Assembly: GCF_009834535.1 (NCBI RefSeq)
Contig: NC_045707.1
Span: 19,406,001-19,470,000 of the forward strand
DNA length: 64,000 nt
Direction of reading: 5' to 3'
Origin: Camelus ferus
Taxonomy: Eukaryota
Shown here: in pieces, positions 51,625-64,000 of the stretch
Position numbering within the stretch: position 1 is the first letter of the stretch
How the letters are laid out: each line of letters starts with the position of its first letter
The notes under the pieces: model-generated
Told to the model about the DNA's origin: nothing
The model's input: only the letters and a program-made list of their open reading frames with translations
Database searches by the model: none
Program-made: the position numbers and the translations under genes

Positions 51625-51652
51625 ATATATATATATATATATACACACACAC
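51625..51652. repeat. (TA)n(CA)n microsatellite
   Basis: Seen directly. Confidence 0.9.
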
Positions 51653-52350
51653 GTATATTTCAGAATTTTTACGGACATTGGACGATGTAGATTTAAGAAT
51701 GTTTGCATTGCCCAACTTTGACATAAATCTTTTCTATAAGAAGTTCTTAATTCTAGCTGTATGCTTATAAGAATAAATCTTTGTTTAGTATTTATCCATT
51801 TGCTTCTTTATTACATTGTTCTACAAGGGATGCATGAACACATGAAATAATTTAATTTCAATTAGAACACTTTCCCTTAATGGATTCTCAATGCTTAGGT
51901 CTTTTTCCTTACCATTAAGAAACAAAATGAGTTCTTCTAACAAGTGTTAAGAGAAACAGGATTACACACATAATCAAAAACAGGTGAAAATTAACAAATT
52001 CTGGGTATGAATGTCTAAATCATTCATATATTTACATTTTCATATCTCAGCAAAAACATTTACTACATCTTCTTGTAAAAAGTGTTTTGCTCAATTTGAT
52101 AATAACTTCAGTTAGAACTGGATGTATACTGGACTCTTTTCTTAGGCATCATAGGTGTGAATTTTCTAGCTATTCCAGTATTATGTTTTTGTTTATCTCT
52201 TTGCTTTACAAGACTTTTTATTTTTCAGTTGTTGCTTTGGAGATTCTACATAAATATAAATACTTCCTTTGCACTTGTTGATGTAGATATGACTCAGGTA
52301 ATGTGATGCTCAATAATGTCCAGATCCTTCAGTGCATATGAGTAGAGAAA

Positions 52351-52570
52351 CAGTGTGCTGGTGACTGTTTAACAACCAGTTCTCATAAAAAAATACACAG
52401 ACATATTATAAATTTTACTAATATAATTTACAAATAGTAAAACATACAACAAACTTCATTGCAAATTCTGTGTGCCCAAAGGATTTTCACAGAATGATTT
52501 CATTGATTTTTACCTCACTCATGTCCATAATCAACCTATGGTTGCCAATCAATCACAATTTGACAAATAG
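52351..52570 (-). mobile_element. MER63-like hAT-Blackjack fragment
   Basis: CAGTGTGCTGGTGACTGTTTAACAACCAG terminus and internal CAACCTATGGTTGC. Confidence 0.6.
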
Positions 52571-52619
52571 ATTTGAATTTGACACCACCATTCAAATGCA
52601 CAATTATAGTCATAAGTTT

Positions 52620-55250
52620 CAATACACTCAATAACTGGTAGAAAAAGTTTTTTAAAAATTGTAAATATATGGAAGACTTGAACAACCTTATCAAATGGAC
52701 CTAATTTATATTTTTAGAATATTCCACTCAATATTAAAAGAATACTCAATCTTTCCAATATCACACAAAACATTATCTAATAGACCATACTCTGGGATAC
52801 AAAAGGTCTCAAGAAATTTACAAGATTCAAGCCATACATTGAATGTTTACTGAATACTGTGCAATTAGAAGTCAATATGGAAAACTATGTGGAAAATTCA
52901 CTAATATTTGAAAACAAAATAATATGTTACTATGTAATCTATGGGCTAAAGGAAATCAAAGAAAAATTAAAATACAGTTTAAACAAACTGAACGTGAAAT
53001 AACATATCAAAATTTTTAGAATGCAGCTAAAGCATTATTTACTTTTTAAGATTCTTAATTTGAATTTAAGATTCTAAAATTATATTGGAAAAGAAGGAAA
53101 GTCTCAATCAACGGCCTCACCTTCCACCTCTATGAACTAGAAAAATAAGAGAGTAAATCAAACAGAGTAACCTGATGAAAGGGAATAATACGGATCAGTG
53201 TGGAAATCAATGAAACAGGAAACAGAAAAGTAAATAAGAAAATATCAATAAAAACAAAATCTAGTTCTTTGAGAATATCATTAAAATTGATAAATTTCTA
53301 GATGAGGAAAAATACAAAGATACAAATTACCAGTATCAATGAAGAGTAACTTTGTATCACTGATATTTTATACTTATTGAGGATAACATGGAGATTTTGA
53401 ACAATTTTAGGCGTATTAATTAAAAAATGTAAATGAAATGGGAAAATTCCTTGAAAGACATAATAAAAGCTCACTCAAGAAAAACAATAAGTATAATTGG
53501 CCTATACGTATTGCAGAAATTGAACTTACAATTAAGAAACATTCTACAAAGAAAACTCCACATTCACTGGTAAATGCTACAAAATATTTAAGGAAGTAAT
53601 ACTAGTAATTGTTCACAAATTCTCCCAGAATATATTAGAATAAGGAATGGTTTCCCACTTATCCTTTGAGGACAGAATTATCCTGAGAGCAAAACCAGAA
53701 AACAGACATTATTAGGAAAAAATAGTGGCTAATCTTACTCATGAATATAGTTGAAATACTTAAAAGTAAATGGCAAATAAGTCTAATAATGTGTAAGAGT
53801 TTAATTCATTTTAGTCAACTAGAGTTCATCTCAACAGTTGCAGGAAAACAACTGAAAATGTTTAACATGCCTATCTGACAAAACTCTCAGCAAGTAGATC
53901 TAATAAATGGGAAATAGCAAAGGACATATAAAATACAGTAAAAGAGAAAAAGAAACTATAGCTAACATCTTACTTCACTGTGAAAACCTCAAGCATCTCA
54001 ACCTAAGAAAAAAAATAAGTCACGATGTTCACTCTTACTACTTCTACTTAACATTGTACTGTAGATTCTAATTTATGTAATAAATTAAAAAATAAATAAA
54101 ATATAAAAGCATTCATATTGGAAAGGAAAACATAAAACTGATTTTATTTGCCAACAATGTAAGCACCTTCACAGAAAACTCTATTGACTTCCTGTTTCAG
54201 CTCCAACATGTAAAGAGCTTGGAAAGTGTAACCTCTGCTTTACGAAAAGAAAAAGGTGAAAAACTCAATAATAACTTCATTTGGATCCATCAGAGAAGTA
54301 AAGTTGCTGGGTAAATCGCACCCTGAAATCTGGAGAAACAGGAAATCCAGAGTCACAGTTGAGATCTACTTGCTCAGAACATGTTACTAAAATCGTAAGT
54401 GGGTAGGAACACTACAATAGTAATTGTGACAAATTACTGGAACTGAGCACTTACTGCATGAAAGTAAGAATTACCTAAGGATTATCATAGAAAGGGGTTC
54501 CCCACCAGGTTCTTAAGGTGAAGATCTGAGAAAAGTCTCATCCTGGTTCAGGCAAGAAAGGGAAAGAGTAACCATTCTGAAACAACCTCAGAATATTCTT
54601 CACACAGAGGTCTATACCAATGGAAAAGATTTTACCAGAAACATTTATGAAGGCCCAGAAACACAAGCCCACTAAAAAACTAAGATTTAATCATAGGATC
54701 ATAGAATGCTATCCTCCTGCCGCAATTTAGAACCACACCAACAAAAATCAAAGTATCTCGCCCAAAACACTTAATAATTTCAGAGGGAAATCTTTAGAAT
54801 GGAGATCTAGGAGATACCATTAACCAAGTTTAACAAAGTTAATATCAGTAATAAGATTTACAGATATCATATATCTGACAAACAAAATTGGGATGCATTC
54901 TACAAAATACTTGATCAATACTCTTCAAATACATAAGGTCATGAAAAACAAGGGAAGAATTAGGAACTTTCACAGGTTGGGAAAAGTTAGGAACATGATC
55001 TCTAATACAATGAAGGATTAAGGATCTGATCCTCAACAGATAAAGGGCATTGATCGAAAAACTGACAAAATCCAAGTTAAGTCTGTAATTTAATTATTAG
55101 TATCATACCAAAATTAATTTCTTAGTTTTGATAATATTCTATGGTTAAATAAGATGCTGTACTTAGAGGAAGATGAGTAAAATATATGAAGAAATTCTGT
55201 ACTATTTTTGTGAGTCTTTTAAAACTAAAATTATTGTAAAATAAAGGCTC
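52620..55250 (+). mobile_element. Old L1 pieces: ORF2 EN-to-RT (52620-54180), L1M 5'-end (54187-54830), L1MC/ME-like 3' end (54840-55250)
   Basis: Degenerate L1 motifs with no long open frame. Confidence 0.75.
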
Positions 55251-55384
55251 TTTAAAATCTGGTGCCTAATCCCATCTTCCTAAATGCAAGAAATATTCTA
55301 CTAGTCTTGGATAACCTCATAAAATGGTTTGAGCTGTGGTTACACCACCTCCCTCTTATTCAAAGTCATGTCGGTTGATTCCTT

Positions 55385-56110
55385 ATCCACTCATCCATCA
55401 ATGGACACCTAGGTTGTTACAATGCTTGACTAAATGTAAATAATGCTGCAATAAACACAGGAGTGCAGGTATCTTTTCAAGTTAGTGTTTTTATTTTCTT
55501 CAGATAAATATCCAGAAATAGAATTGCTGGATGGTATGGTAGTTCTATTTTTAGCTTTTGAAGACTTTCCATACGGTTTTCCATAGTGGTTGCATCAATT
55601 TACATTCCCACCAACAGTGCACAAGAGTTCTCTATTCTCTACATCCTCTCCAATAGTGGTTATTTCTTATCTTGTTGATAACANNNNNNNNNNNNNNNNN
55701 NNNNNNNNNNNNNNNNNNNNNNNNNNNNNNNNNNNNNNNNNNNNNNNNNNNNNNNNNNNNNNNNNNNNNNNNNNNNNNNNNNNNNNNNNNNNNNNNNNNN
55801 NNNNNNNNNNNNNNNNNNNNNNNNNACCATTTNNNNNNNNNNNNNNNNNNNNNNNNNNNNNNNNNNNNNNNNNNNNNNNNNNNNNNNNNNNNNNNNNNNN
55901 NNNNNNNNNNNNNNNNNNNNNNNNNNNNNNNNNNNNNNNNNNNNNNNNNNNNNNNNNNNNNNNNNNNNNNNNNNNNNNNNNNNNNNNNNNNNNNNNNNNN
56001 NNNNNNNNNNNNNNNNNNNATTTCTGTTTTTCTTGCTCTGCCAAAAAAGTGTTGCCAAGACCAATGCCAAGGAGCTTTTCCCCTGTTTTCTTCCTTTTCT
56101 TTTATGACTC
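55385..56110 (-). mobile_element. Younger L1 3'/ORF2 fragment, antisense, with N-gaps
   Basis: ATCCACTCATCCATCAATGGACACCTAGGTTG...CATCAATTTACATTCCCACCAACAGTGCACAAG. Confidence 0.88.
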
Positions 56111-56200
56111 ATTTGTGAAAAAGTGACTTTAAAATAATGGACAAAAATACTCTTTCCAAGGGCATTTTTTTTTCAGAGATTCAGTTCTGTACTGCTTCTT

Positions 56201-56269
56201 AAGGGAAGGGAAGGGAAGGGAAGGGAAGGGAAGGGAAGGGAAGGGAAGGGAAGGGAAGGGAAGGGAAGG
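56201..56269 (+). repeat. (AAGGG)13 pentanucleotide microsatellite
   Basis: 13 perfect units followed by AAGG. Confidence 0.97.
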
Positions 56270-58189
56270 AAAAAATTTAAATTCAGTCAAATATCACTGA
56301 GTATATCCACTCTTCAAAGATTAGAGATTTCCTGGTTGATAATGGTGTAAGAGTAACATAACTCCTTCAGAGAAACTCATACTATTAGGTTTTATATTGT
56401 CTTTACCACTGCCTCATAATAGAGCACTATTTACCAAAAGCATTACTTCTAGCCTACAAATCCTCCCTATTATGCAAAGTAACAGCTATTATTTTTAGCT
56501 TTGAGTTTCATTGTAGAGTACAGACCACGTAGTCTGGCATCCCCATGACACTATTAATTGAAGCCTGGAATCCACTATGCTAATGACCTAACTATAATTA
56601 AAGTATAGCATACCCAATCTTGGATCATATAGTTAATCTATTCTAAATCCAAGTATGCAACTATTTATTTTAAGAAATCTGTAATACTTTGTTAAATTTC
56701 TCAACTAAAAATGCATGGCCTTCCCTAAAGAGAAACTCAGTTGTGCTCAACAAAATACTTCTTCATTGTTTGTACTATAGAACCACCTAGATTAGGATTT
56801 CTTCTGAGTCCTAATTAAATTTTGACCTCATATGCATGTTTTCTCATTGAAATTTGCAAGAAAGCCAATGATAGTCTTTCTTCATTTAAAATAATAATCA
56901 GAAAAATAATTTGAAAAATAAGGAAGAGATAATGTTTCCATCCGTTTTTCCCTTTGTTCCATGGAAAGTTCAATATTATAGGTAGAATTCTAAATCCCTC
57001 CAATACTTAATGGCTCCCAAGGGAACTCAATTAAAAAGTGTCACTAAAATTAATTGCATTGTAGATGTACTAGTTTTCCTGTCTCCAGAGAGGTTTCTTT
57101 TATGTTTCCATCAAAAGCAAACTCTTCTGTTAACATTATACTCAAAAATATATAAAATGTGTCTGTTTCTTTTGGAGAAAACCTTTTTGGAAAATCTGTA
57201 TCACTGAGCAGTATCAGAAAAGTCATGAAACACATGACATTTAAAATCCAAAACAAAATATTTTTGCAAGTTTGCTCACTGGATTTTTCTCATCCTCAAA
57301 GATTGAGTATTTGACTGAGAAAAGGATGGTTTATGATAAAGAAAATCTGAATAAAATCTTTACATTTTAAATAGTGAATGCAGAAATGTGAATTAGTTTT
57401 ATAAAATGTGTAAAAATGAGGGAAGCCTTTTCTAAGAAATTATGTTGCTCTTATTATAGATAATTAGAAAAATATTTATGTTTAAGCTATGACTCAGATC
57501 CATCAAGGACTCTCATAAATGTGAGTATGTTTCTTCTTTAGCCACATCTTTAATTATCTTTCTAAATCATGTAACTCTAACAATTGCTCTCTTTGAATTG
57601 TAGCATGAGGGCATTTTGTCAATTCTTGCATTATTTTCTCTGCCTATAGCATCCTAAATTTGTCACAGCCGAACTTATAAATGTATCATAAGCTGCATTC
57701 TGCCTCAGGAGGGAGCCAGGTAGCATATTTTTAGCCAAATCTAAACGTGTGTGACCAAACATAATCACACCAGCCACAGGATCCATTAACCCACACTTTT
57801 GTGACCTGCACATTCCTATTAACACACATTTTGAGTCTGTTATTAAATCAGACTACCCTCATAGTTCATCCAATTACAACCAGTCTGGTTTCTCTCTTTT
57901 TAGTACTAGTAGCAGCACATCACTACACAGATAAATACCTTTCAAGATATTGAGCATCTACCTCACTGGGATTCCAAAACTCTCCTTAGCAAAAGTTCCC
58001 ATTCTTGACACACATGGATATTCGTATCTTTATCTTTCAGGACTGACTGTTTCAGAATAATTGATATATGAATGCAGAGCGAAATACATCCAGCTAAAGA
58101 AACCTCTGGGTTTTGAAGCCAATTCAAATCTGGGCTGCATACACATTATTTGGTCATTAATTTGTTCTTTAATTCATTAAAGAAATTGA

Positions 58190-58435
58190 ATAAGAATCAG
58201 TGTGAAAACATGAGGAATGGTGCAGCAGAAGACAGACATGGAAGCTAACCTATCTGTATATACCTCTTATGTGACCTCAGGTAACCCTTCTGCACAATTT
58301 CCTCATCTGCAAAATGAGTCTCTTTATAGGACCTACCAAAGGCGTTTTTAGGCACAGGGTAAAAGGCTATTTCGATCTTTACTATAATATTAATAATATG
58401 GATAATAATAATAACAATAATAATCAATAATAAAA
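58190..58435 (+). mobile_element. MIR with an (ATA)n-expanded end
   Basis: TGTGACCTCAGGTAACCCTTCTGCACAATTTCCTCATCTGCAAAATGAG is the MIR core. Confidence 0.7.
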
Positions 58436-59331
58436 ATGCATTATATTTTTATATGATTAATTATTGCTATTATTGCTGCTATTATCTTTCTTCTAATATA
58501 CTTTCTTTCCCTATCACATCCTCAGAAACTAGTCTGATAAACAATAAAGTTACCAGATTATTATTATTTTTGAAAGCAGAGCTTGATAAAGGCTGTTATG
58601 CAATAACTTCCTGAAATAATTAATCTTAAAGAAAGTAGTATGATCTTTCATTGTTGACATGATTGATTATATTTAAGGAATCCAACTGGAATTTTTATCC
58701 TATGACTTTATTTATTGATAAGGGTTGGCATTGTACTTATGCCACCTTTAGTCAGAGGAGTGAGTAGAGTCAAGTTGGGATAAAGCAAAAGGGAATTAAT
58801 TTCAATGAACTGCCCATAAATATTGTATTTTCTGTTTAAATTTTTACTATGAGTAGAAACCAAAACCTACAAAAAGACCGCATCCTGATTCAAAAGTAAG
58901 TTTTCCAAAAGCAAAATTAGCATACAGAATTTTATGGGTATTAAGTCTTCAAAAATACTATTTATTCGATATATATTAATCTTCCCAACAAAGTAAACTA
59001 AGTATTTATCATTATTACCTACTTTTATGACTGTAAAAAAACAACTTTATGTATGTTAAGTAAGTAATCAAAAATACACAGCAGAGAATTATCAAAGCTG
59101 AGATTAAACTCTTGAGTTTTTAAAGTAATAAAACATTAATTTTTCCCCATTAAATAAATTCCAATATGAGTTTGCAATTCTGACGGATAAGTATTTTGTC
59201 ACTTCACATTACTGTATGCTTTATTGTTCTTTGTGTAGAATAAGAGCACTACAAATGTATTTGAGATCACACCGGGAGTTGATACCCACTCTTATTTTTA
59301 CCTACAGACCTGCAGAATCCAGAATTTAGTC

Positions 59332-60279
59332 ATGCCAAATAAAACATCCATTAGAGAATTCATTCTTCTGGGACTTACAGATGACCCAGAATTACAAGCT
59401 GTGATATTCTTCTTTATGTTGTTCACCTACTTACTGAGTGTAAGTGGAAACATGACCATCATCATGTTAACACTGTCAAACGTCTGTTTGAAGACTCCCA
59501 TGTATTTCTTCCTCAGCAATTTCTCCTTCTTAGAAATTTCATTCACAACAGTCTGTATTCCTAGGTTTCTGATCAGCATCGCTACAGGAGACACAAGCAT
59601 TTCCTATAATGCTTGTATGACACAAGTATTTTTTTTAATCCTTCTCGGCTCGACAGAGTTTTTTCTTCTGGCTGTGATGTCTTATGATCGCTACGTGGCC
59701 ATCTGCAAACCTCTGCATTACACAACTATCATGAGTAACAAAGTCTGCAACCAGCTTGTAATCAGCTCCTGGCTGGCTGGTTTCCTCATTATCTTTCCCC
59801 CGGTGATAATGGGCCTCCAACTAGATTTCTGTGACTCCAACATCATTGACCACTTCACCTGTGACTCTTCTCCTATGCTGCTGATCGCCTGCACAGACAC
59901 AAAGTTTCTAGAGCTTCTGGCATTTTTCTTAGCAGTATTCACACTCATGGTAACTCTGGCCTTGGTGATTCTCTCGTACACACTCATTCTTAGAACAATT
60001 CTGGAGATCCCCTCTGCCCAGCAAAGGAAAAAGGCATTTTCTACTTGTTCCTCCCATATGATTGTGGTTTCCATTTCTTACGGGAGTTGCATTTTCATGT
60101 ATGTAAAAACATCTGCAAAAGATGGTGTGGCTTTGAGCAAAGGGGTAGCGGTACTCAATACCTCTGTTGCTCCCATGCTCAATCCCTTCATTTACACCTT
60201 AAGGAACCAGCAGGTAAAACAGGCCCTTCGGGATTTTACCAAAAAAATGCTATTATCAAACAAGCACTCATCATCATGA
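59332..60279 (+). CDS. OR6C65: Olfactory receptor OR6C65 (315 aa)
   Basis: Intact ORF; [35 protein letters not shown] and QALRDFTKK match OR6C65 as I recall it. Confidence 0.92.
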   Translation: MPNKTSIREFILLGLTDDPELQAVIFFFMLFTYLLSVSGNMTIIMLTLSNVCLKTPMYFFLSNFSFLEISFTTVCIPRFLISIATGDTSISYNACMTQVFFLILLGSTEFFLLAVMSYDRYVAICKPLHYTTIMSNKVCNQLVISSWLAGFLIIFPPVIMGLQLDFCDSNIIDHFTCDSSPMLLIACTDTKFLELLAFFLAVFTLMVTLALVILSYTLILRTILEIPSAQQRKKAFSTCSSHMIVVSISYGSCIFMYVKTSAKDGVALSKGVAVLNTSVAPMLNPFIYTLRNQQVKQALRDFTKKMLLSNKHSSS

Positions 60280-62379
60280 AATCTGTAGCTAAAACCACAG
60301 ATGAACCACATATAAATACAAATCATTGTTCTAGGTGGTAGGTATACAGAAGGGAATAAAAATAAAGCACACAAAACTCTTGCTATCCTAGATCTTACTT
60401 CTAGTTAGAGAACACACACATTAAACAGCCAACATAATAGAAAAGTAAATTATCTAGGATTTTCGTTAAGTGAAAATGCTATGAACAAAACTGAAATACT
60501 TTAGGGAAAGGAGGGTAGAATTCAAATTAAATAGGGTGGTCAAACATTTCACTTTGTCATTTTATAGCTCCTTTTTAATTTCATTTTTCTACCTCTAATA
60601 AAAGTATTTCTCTGTATTCATTATCTTTTTTTTCCCCTGTAATTTTCCCAGGTCCATGTTTCATCTATTTCACACATGTCAAACATGGGGAGATTGTGCG
60701 GTGTCACTTTTTTTTGAAAAGATAACTAGCAAGCTCTGGATAGCTTACTCAAATCCTAAATGAAAATAAATGGTCCAAAATAAAATTCATGGCAACCCAC
60801 TGGTAATGAATGGTATGGAACCTAACTTCAAGGCTTAGAAAACCATGCTTTATGACTATTTCTATCAAAGGGTTCTGTCCCCCCCTACTCTTATTTCCTT
60901 ATTCTACTTGAGTCAGATATTCAGAATCTGTAAAGGGAAAAACTGATAAGCAATTATCTTCTACTGGGAGGATGGGGCATTTCAAGCTGTCCAGGTCACT
61001 TTCCTCCATCTCTGCTTCATCAGTTCTATTTCTCTATATCTGTCCAGGTTACACACTTCCTATTAAACAATAAACAGGAATCGCTACTAATCATTAATTA
61101 TAAGTGGTTATTAAGAAGTTATTAATTACTAATTATTAGGAATGACTGCTTTTACACTACATGCAGTGACTTTTTTTGACATACCATATTATCAGAAAAC
61201 TTTCACTATTAAATAGACAGAGGTGGGTATTCACAAGATCTCAGTCCATGAAACTACTGCAAATCACTGCAGGATATTTACACACCTCTTTAACATGCAC
61301 ATAAGGATCAGAGAGCACAATTTTATTGGTACTCAAGCAAATAAGGAAAATTCAAAGGCAACTCATGTATCTTGGTTGTTTTCAAACAATCACTCTAAGT
61401 AGCTCATGCTATTTAAATAGGAAGAATGAAAATGTTAGATTAAATATGAAAATCAGTACCCTGAAAATTAAAAATAAAAAATTCAATATGTGAAAAACCT
61501 GAAGAAAACAAAGATGATATGAAATTAATAAAAAATTAAGAAAACAGTAAGATGAAAATAAAAGTTAACACTAAAAAAACTTTGGAATTCTAGTATCATT
61601 TAAAATGTTTAGGTAAACAAAAATATTATAAAGTTATAACATTCTAAATGCTGACAAAACAGTAATATTGTATAATTATATGATACTAGTATAATTATGG
61701 TACTATGTGCAATTATATAAAATACATTCTTGACATTTTTAGGATGTAGTATTATTAGCAAATATTCATGACAATGAATGATCTGAATATATATTTTCAT
61801 TACAAAAGTAGTTACAGAAAAAAACATACAAAGTTTGAAGAGCTGTGGCTCCAAAACATTCCCAAGACTTGTTAATATCTTATTAGGTGCATAAACTTTA
61901 CATAAACCATTTAAAGTTTGTGTGTGCGTGATTCCACAAATTCTAGTTTATTAATGTGTGGCAGAGTTCACTTACCAGAGCACAGTGGAAGGAACTAAAA
62001 ATCCTAGTAAAATGAAAAACTAGGCTTGATGCTTTATATAAGTTTTGACTTTTGATACTTAAAAACAGATTCTGTAATGCTATATTTTTGTAGAACATTG
62101 GTGTGGGGGTATCATTTTTAAATGATTGAGAGGAGTTAAAAATAATTTTCTAGTCTCAAGGATCAAAGTAACTGTAAGTGTTTAGAATAACAGAATTTTC
62201 CATTTAGAGGGGATTACAGATACATTCTCTTTCAGGGATAGCAAAAGAGACATGATGCGACCCTCCCTTCCCTATGGTTATGGCAAATAGTTGCAAATAG
62301 TTTGCATAATTATTTCCTGAAGAATGAAGCTATGACCTCAGAATCCTTCTCAACAACAGTGCCAACATCATAAGAGTCA

Positions 62380-62560
62380 TCAATGAGATGAGATTTATTT
62401 GTACTCTTGATATAGTGCAACTTTCTCACTTGTGAGATAAAGAAAGTGAAACCCAGAAAGGGGAGGGACTTCTCCCAGGGAACTCAGTGAATCAGTGCAA
62501 ATGTAGATCTACATCCCAATTCAGTTAACTTTCCATACACCATGCTGCCTACCAACTTCT
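62380..62560 (-). mobile_element. MIR
   Basis: GATAAAGAAAGTGAAACCCAGAAAGGGGAGGGACTT is the reverse MIR core. Confidence 0.6.
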
Positions 62561-63059
62561 TCCTTGCCTGGTCATGGCTCCTAAAATAATTAATGCTTTC
62601 CAAACAAATCATACATGCCAAAGACTAGGAGCATTTTATAGTAGCACCTAGAACATCAAACCCAGCAAGAAGATGCAAGGTATATAATTTCCCCCAAGTG
62701 GACATAAGAGCATCCTTCTCCCAGTTACCATGAAATGTTTTCTGACAGCCAATCATTATCTTAAACTCATCAGGCTTTTTCTTGGTTATCAGCCTTATTC
62801 TCAATTCCCTGATGTGGCTTCACAGGGCACAGCTGGCAAGAATCCAACAGAAAAATGAGCTTTGCTGAAAGCTCTTCAGGCATCAGACATCCCCTGCCTA
62901 CCGCTGCTTATACCTCAAGGTTGCGCAGATAAAGCTTGGAGCTGCTGGAGATGCACAGTAGGGGTTCTAAATGCTTTAATGCCTCCTCTCTCTTCCTTTA
63001 AGTGCAGCTGTTTGTAGAGTTTCCCAGAGGAGAACAGGAGAGGGGCCCCTTTTGCAAAA

Positions 63060-63590
63060 TTGTGATAAGTACCCTTAACATAAGATCTACCTTCTCACAA
63101 TACACTATTGTCAATTGTAGGTACAAGGCTGTCTAGGAAATCTCCTCCCTGGTTATTAAAATTAGAATAATGTCTCTGAGGTTCATTGATAATGCAGCAT
63201 GTGTCAACATTTCTCTCCTCTTTTTACGGTTGAATACCATTGCATTGTATTGTATACCACATTTTCTTTATCCATTCATTTATAAGTAAACATTTAGATT
63301 TGTTGCCATATTTTTGCTACTGGGAATTAGGCTGCAGTGAACATGGGAGTGCAGATACTTCTTTGAGATTCTGATTTCAATTCCTTGGGGTAATATACTC
63401 CAGAAGCAGAATTGCTGGATTGTACGATAATGCTGTTTATCATGTAAGAAAACAACGTACTGTCATCCATAGCGATTTTACATTTCCATATTACTTTACA
63501 TTCCCACAAGCAATGCACAAGGATTCCAGTTTGGGCTCATTCTCCTCCATGCTTGTTATTTTCTGTTTTTGTACAAGTATATAAGTGGGT
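63060..63590 (-). mobile_element. L1MA-like 3' fragment, antisense
   Basis: GTATACCACATTTTCTTTATCCATTCA...GCTGCAGTGAACATGGGAGTGCAGATA. Confidence 0.85.
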
Positions 63591-64000
63591 GCGGGGGGAG
63601 AAAGGTATTTTATTCTCCATCATATGTGTGAAGGATTGAGTAGTCACTTTCAGTGTGCTGTTTGTGTTAAAAGAGATATTCTTATAAAAGTATGAGATAC
63701 AAACAACCATTTCCCTAGAGAAATATGTAAATATGTATGAAACTGTTAAGAATGCAAAGTTGTGAGTCCTAACTCCTTTTGTGGAAATGTACCCTCAAAA
63801 GATAATAGGACGATCATGACAAGATGTATATGTGTGTCTATGCATTCAAATATTATTTATGATGGGGGAATTTTAAATGCTGAACAAAGAGATATTTTTT
63901 CATTATGGAACATCCATAAAATGAAACTGTATTTAGCCACTAAAACTGATGCTGGAAATGTATACTCTAATATCAAATGACTGCTTAAAATGAAGATTTC

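Noticed and set aside
23698-56126. Long ORFs containing X runs
   Set aside because: They are open only because they cross N-gaps (23767-23896, 46552-46685, 46943-47110, 55684-55825, 55833-56019), all inside L1 3' ends. A 7-bp island between two gaps points to masking or low-coverage consensus.
9763-60341. Short antisense or alternate-frame ORFs overlapping the OR genes (e.g. 9763-, 15834-, 29012+, 29411+, 37879-, 49848-, 59718-)
   Set aside because: Shadow ORFs expected from the codon bias of hydrophobic 7TM genes; no independent motifs.
1-64000. CRISPR arrays, prokaryote-type systems or an intact autonomous transposon
   Set aside because: Mammalian DNA with no regular repeat-spacer array; every L1 and ERV fragment is truncated and stop-ridden.

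Overview
AT-rich, L1-dense mammalian DNA, probably camelid judging from one tRNA-derived SINE (11871-11974), covering part of a class II OR6C olfactory receptor cluster. There are seven OR loci: a frameshifted OR6C1-like pseudogene (1174-2113, +), an OR6C3-like paralogue (9701-10639, +), an intact OR6C1-like copy (15650-16588, -), OR6C3 (29024-29959, -), OR6C75 (37760-38722, +), an OR6C65/76-related gene (49840-50766, +) and OR6C65 (59332-60279, +). Gene names come from my recollection of the human proteins and need a reciprocal search. The rest is L1, L2, MIR, hAT/Tigger and LTR debris plus five N-gaps, all inside L1 3' ends. I did not find a new gene system. The most interesting structure is an old inverted duplication (arm A 1-~6050, arm B ~11985-19640) whose identity is a mosaic, about 75-85% in most flanks but near 100% in patches. 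Divergent islands remain exactly over TM4-ECL2-TM5 and TM6-ECL3 of the two OR6C1 copies. Arm B also carries a 1.84-kb ERV1 fragment that looks inserted by L1 machinery rather than by integrase: it is 5'-truncated, ends at the LTR polyA site, has an A-rich tail and a ~15-bp TSD, and the empty site is visible in arm A. Identities were estimated by eye.
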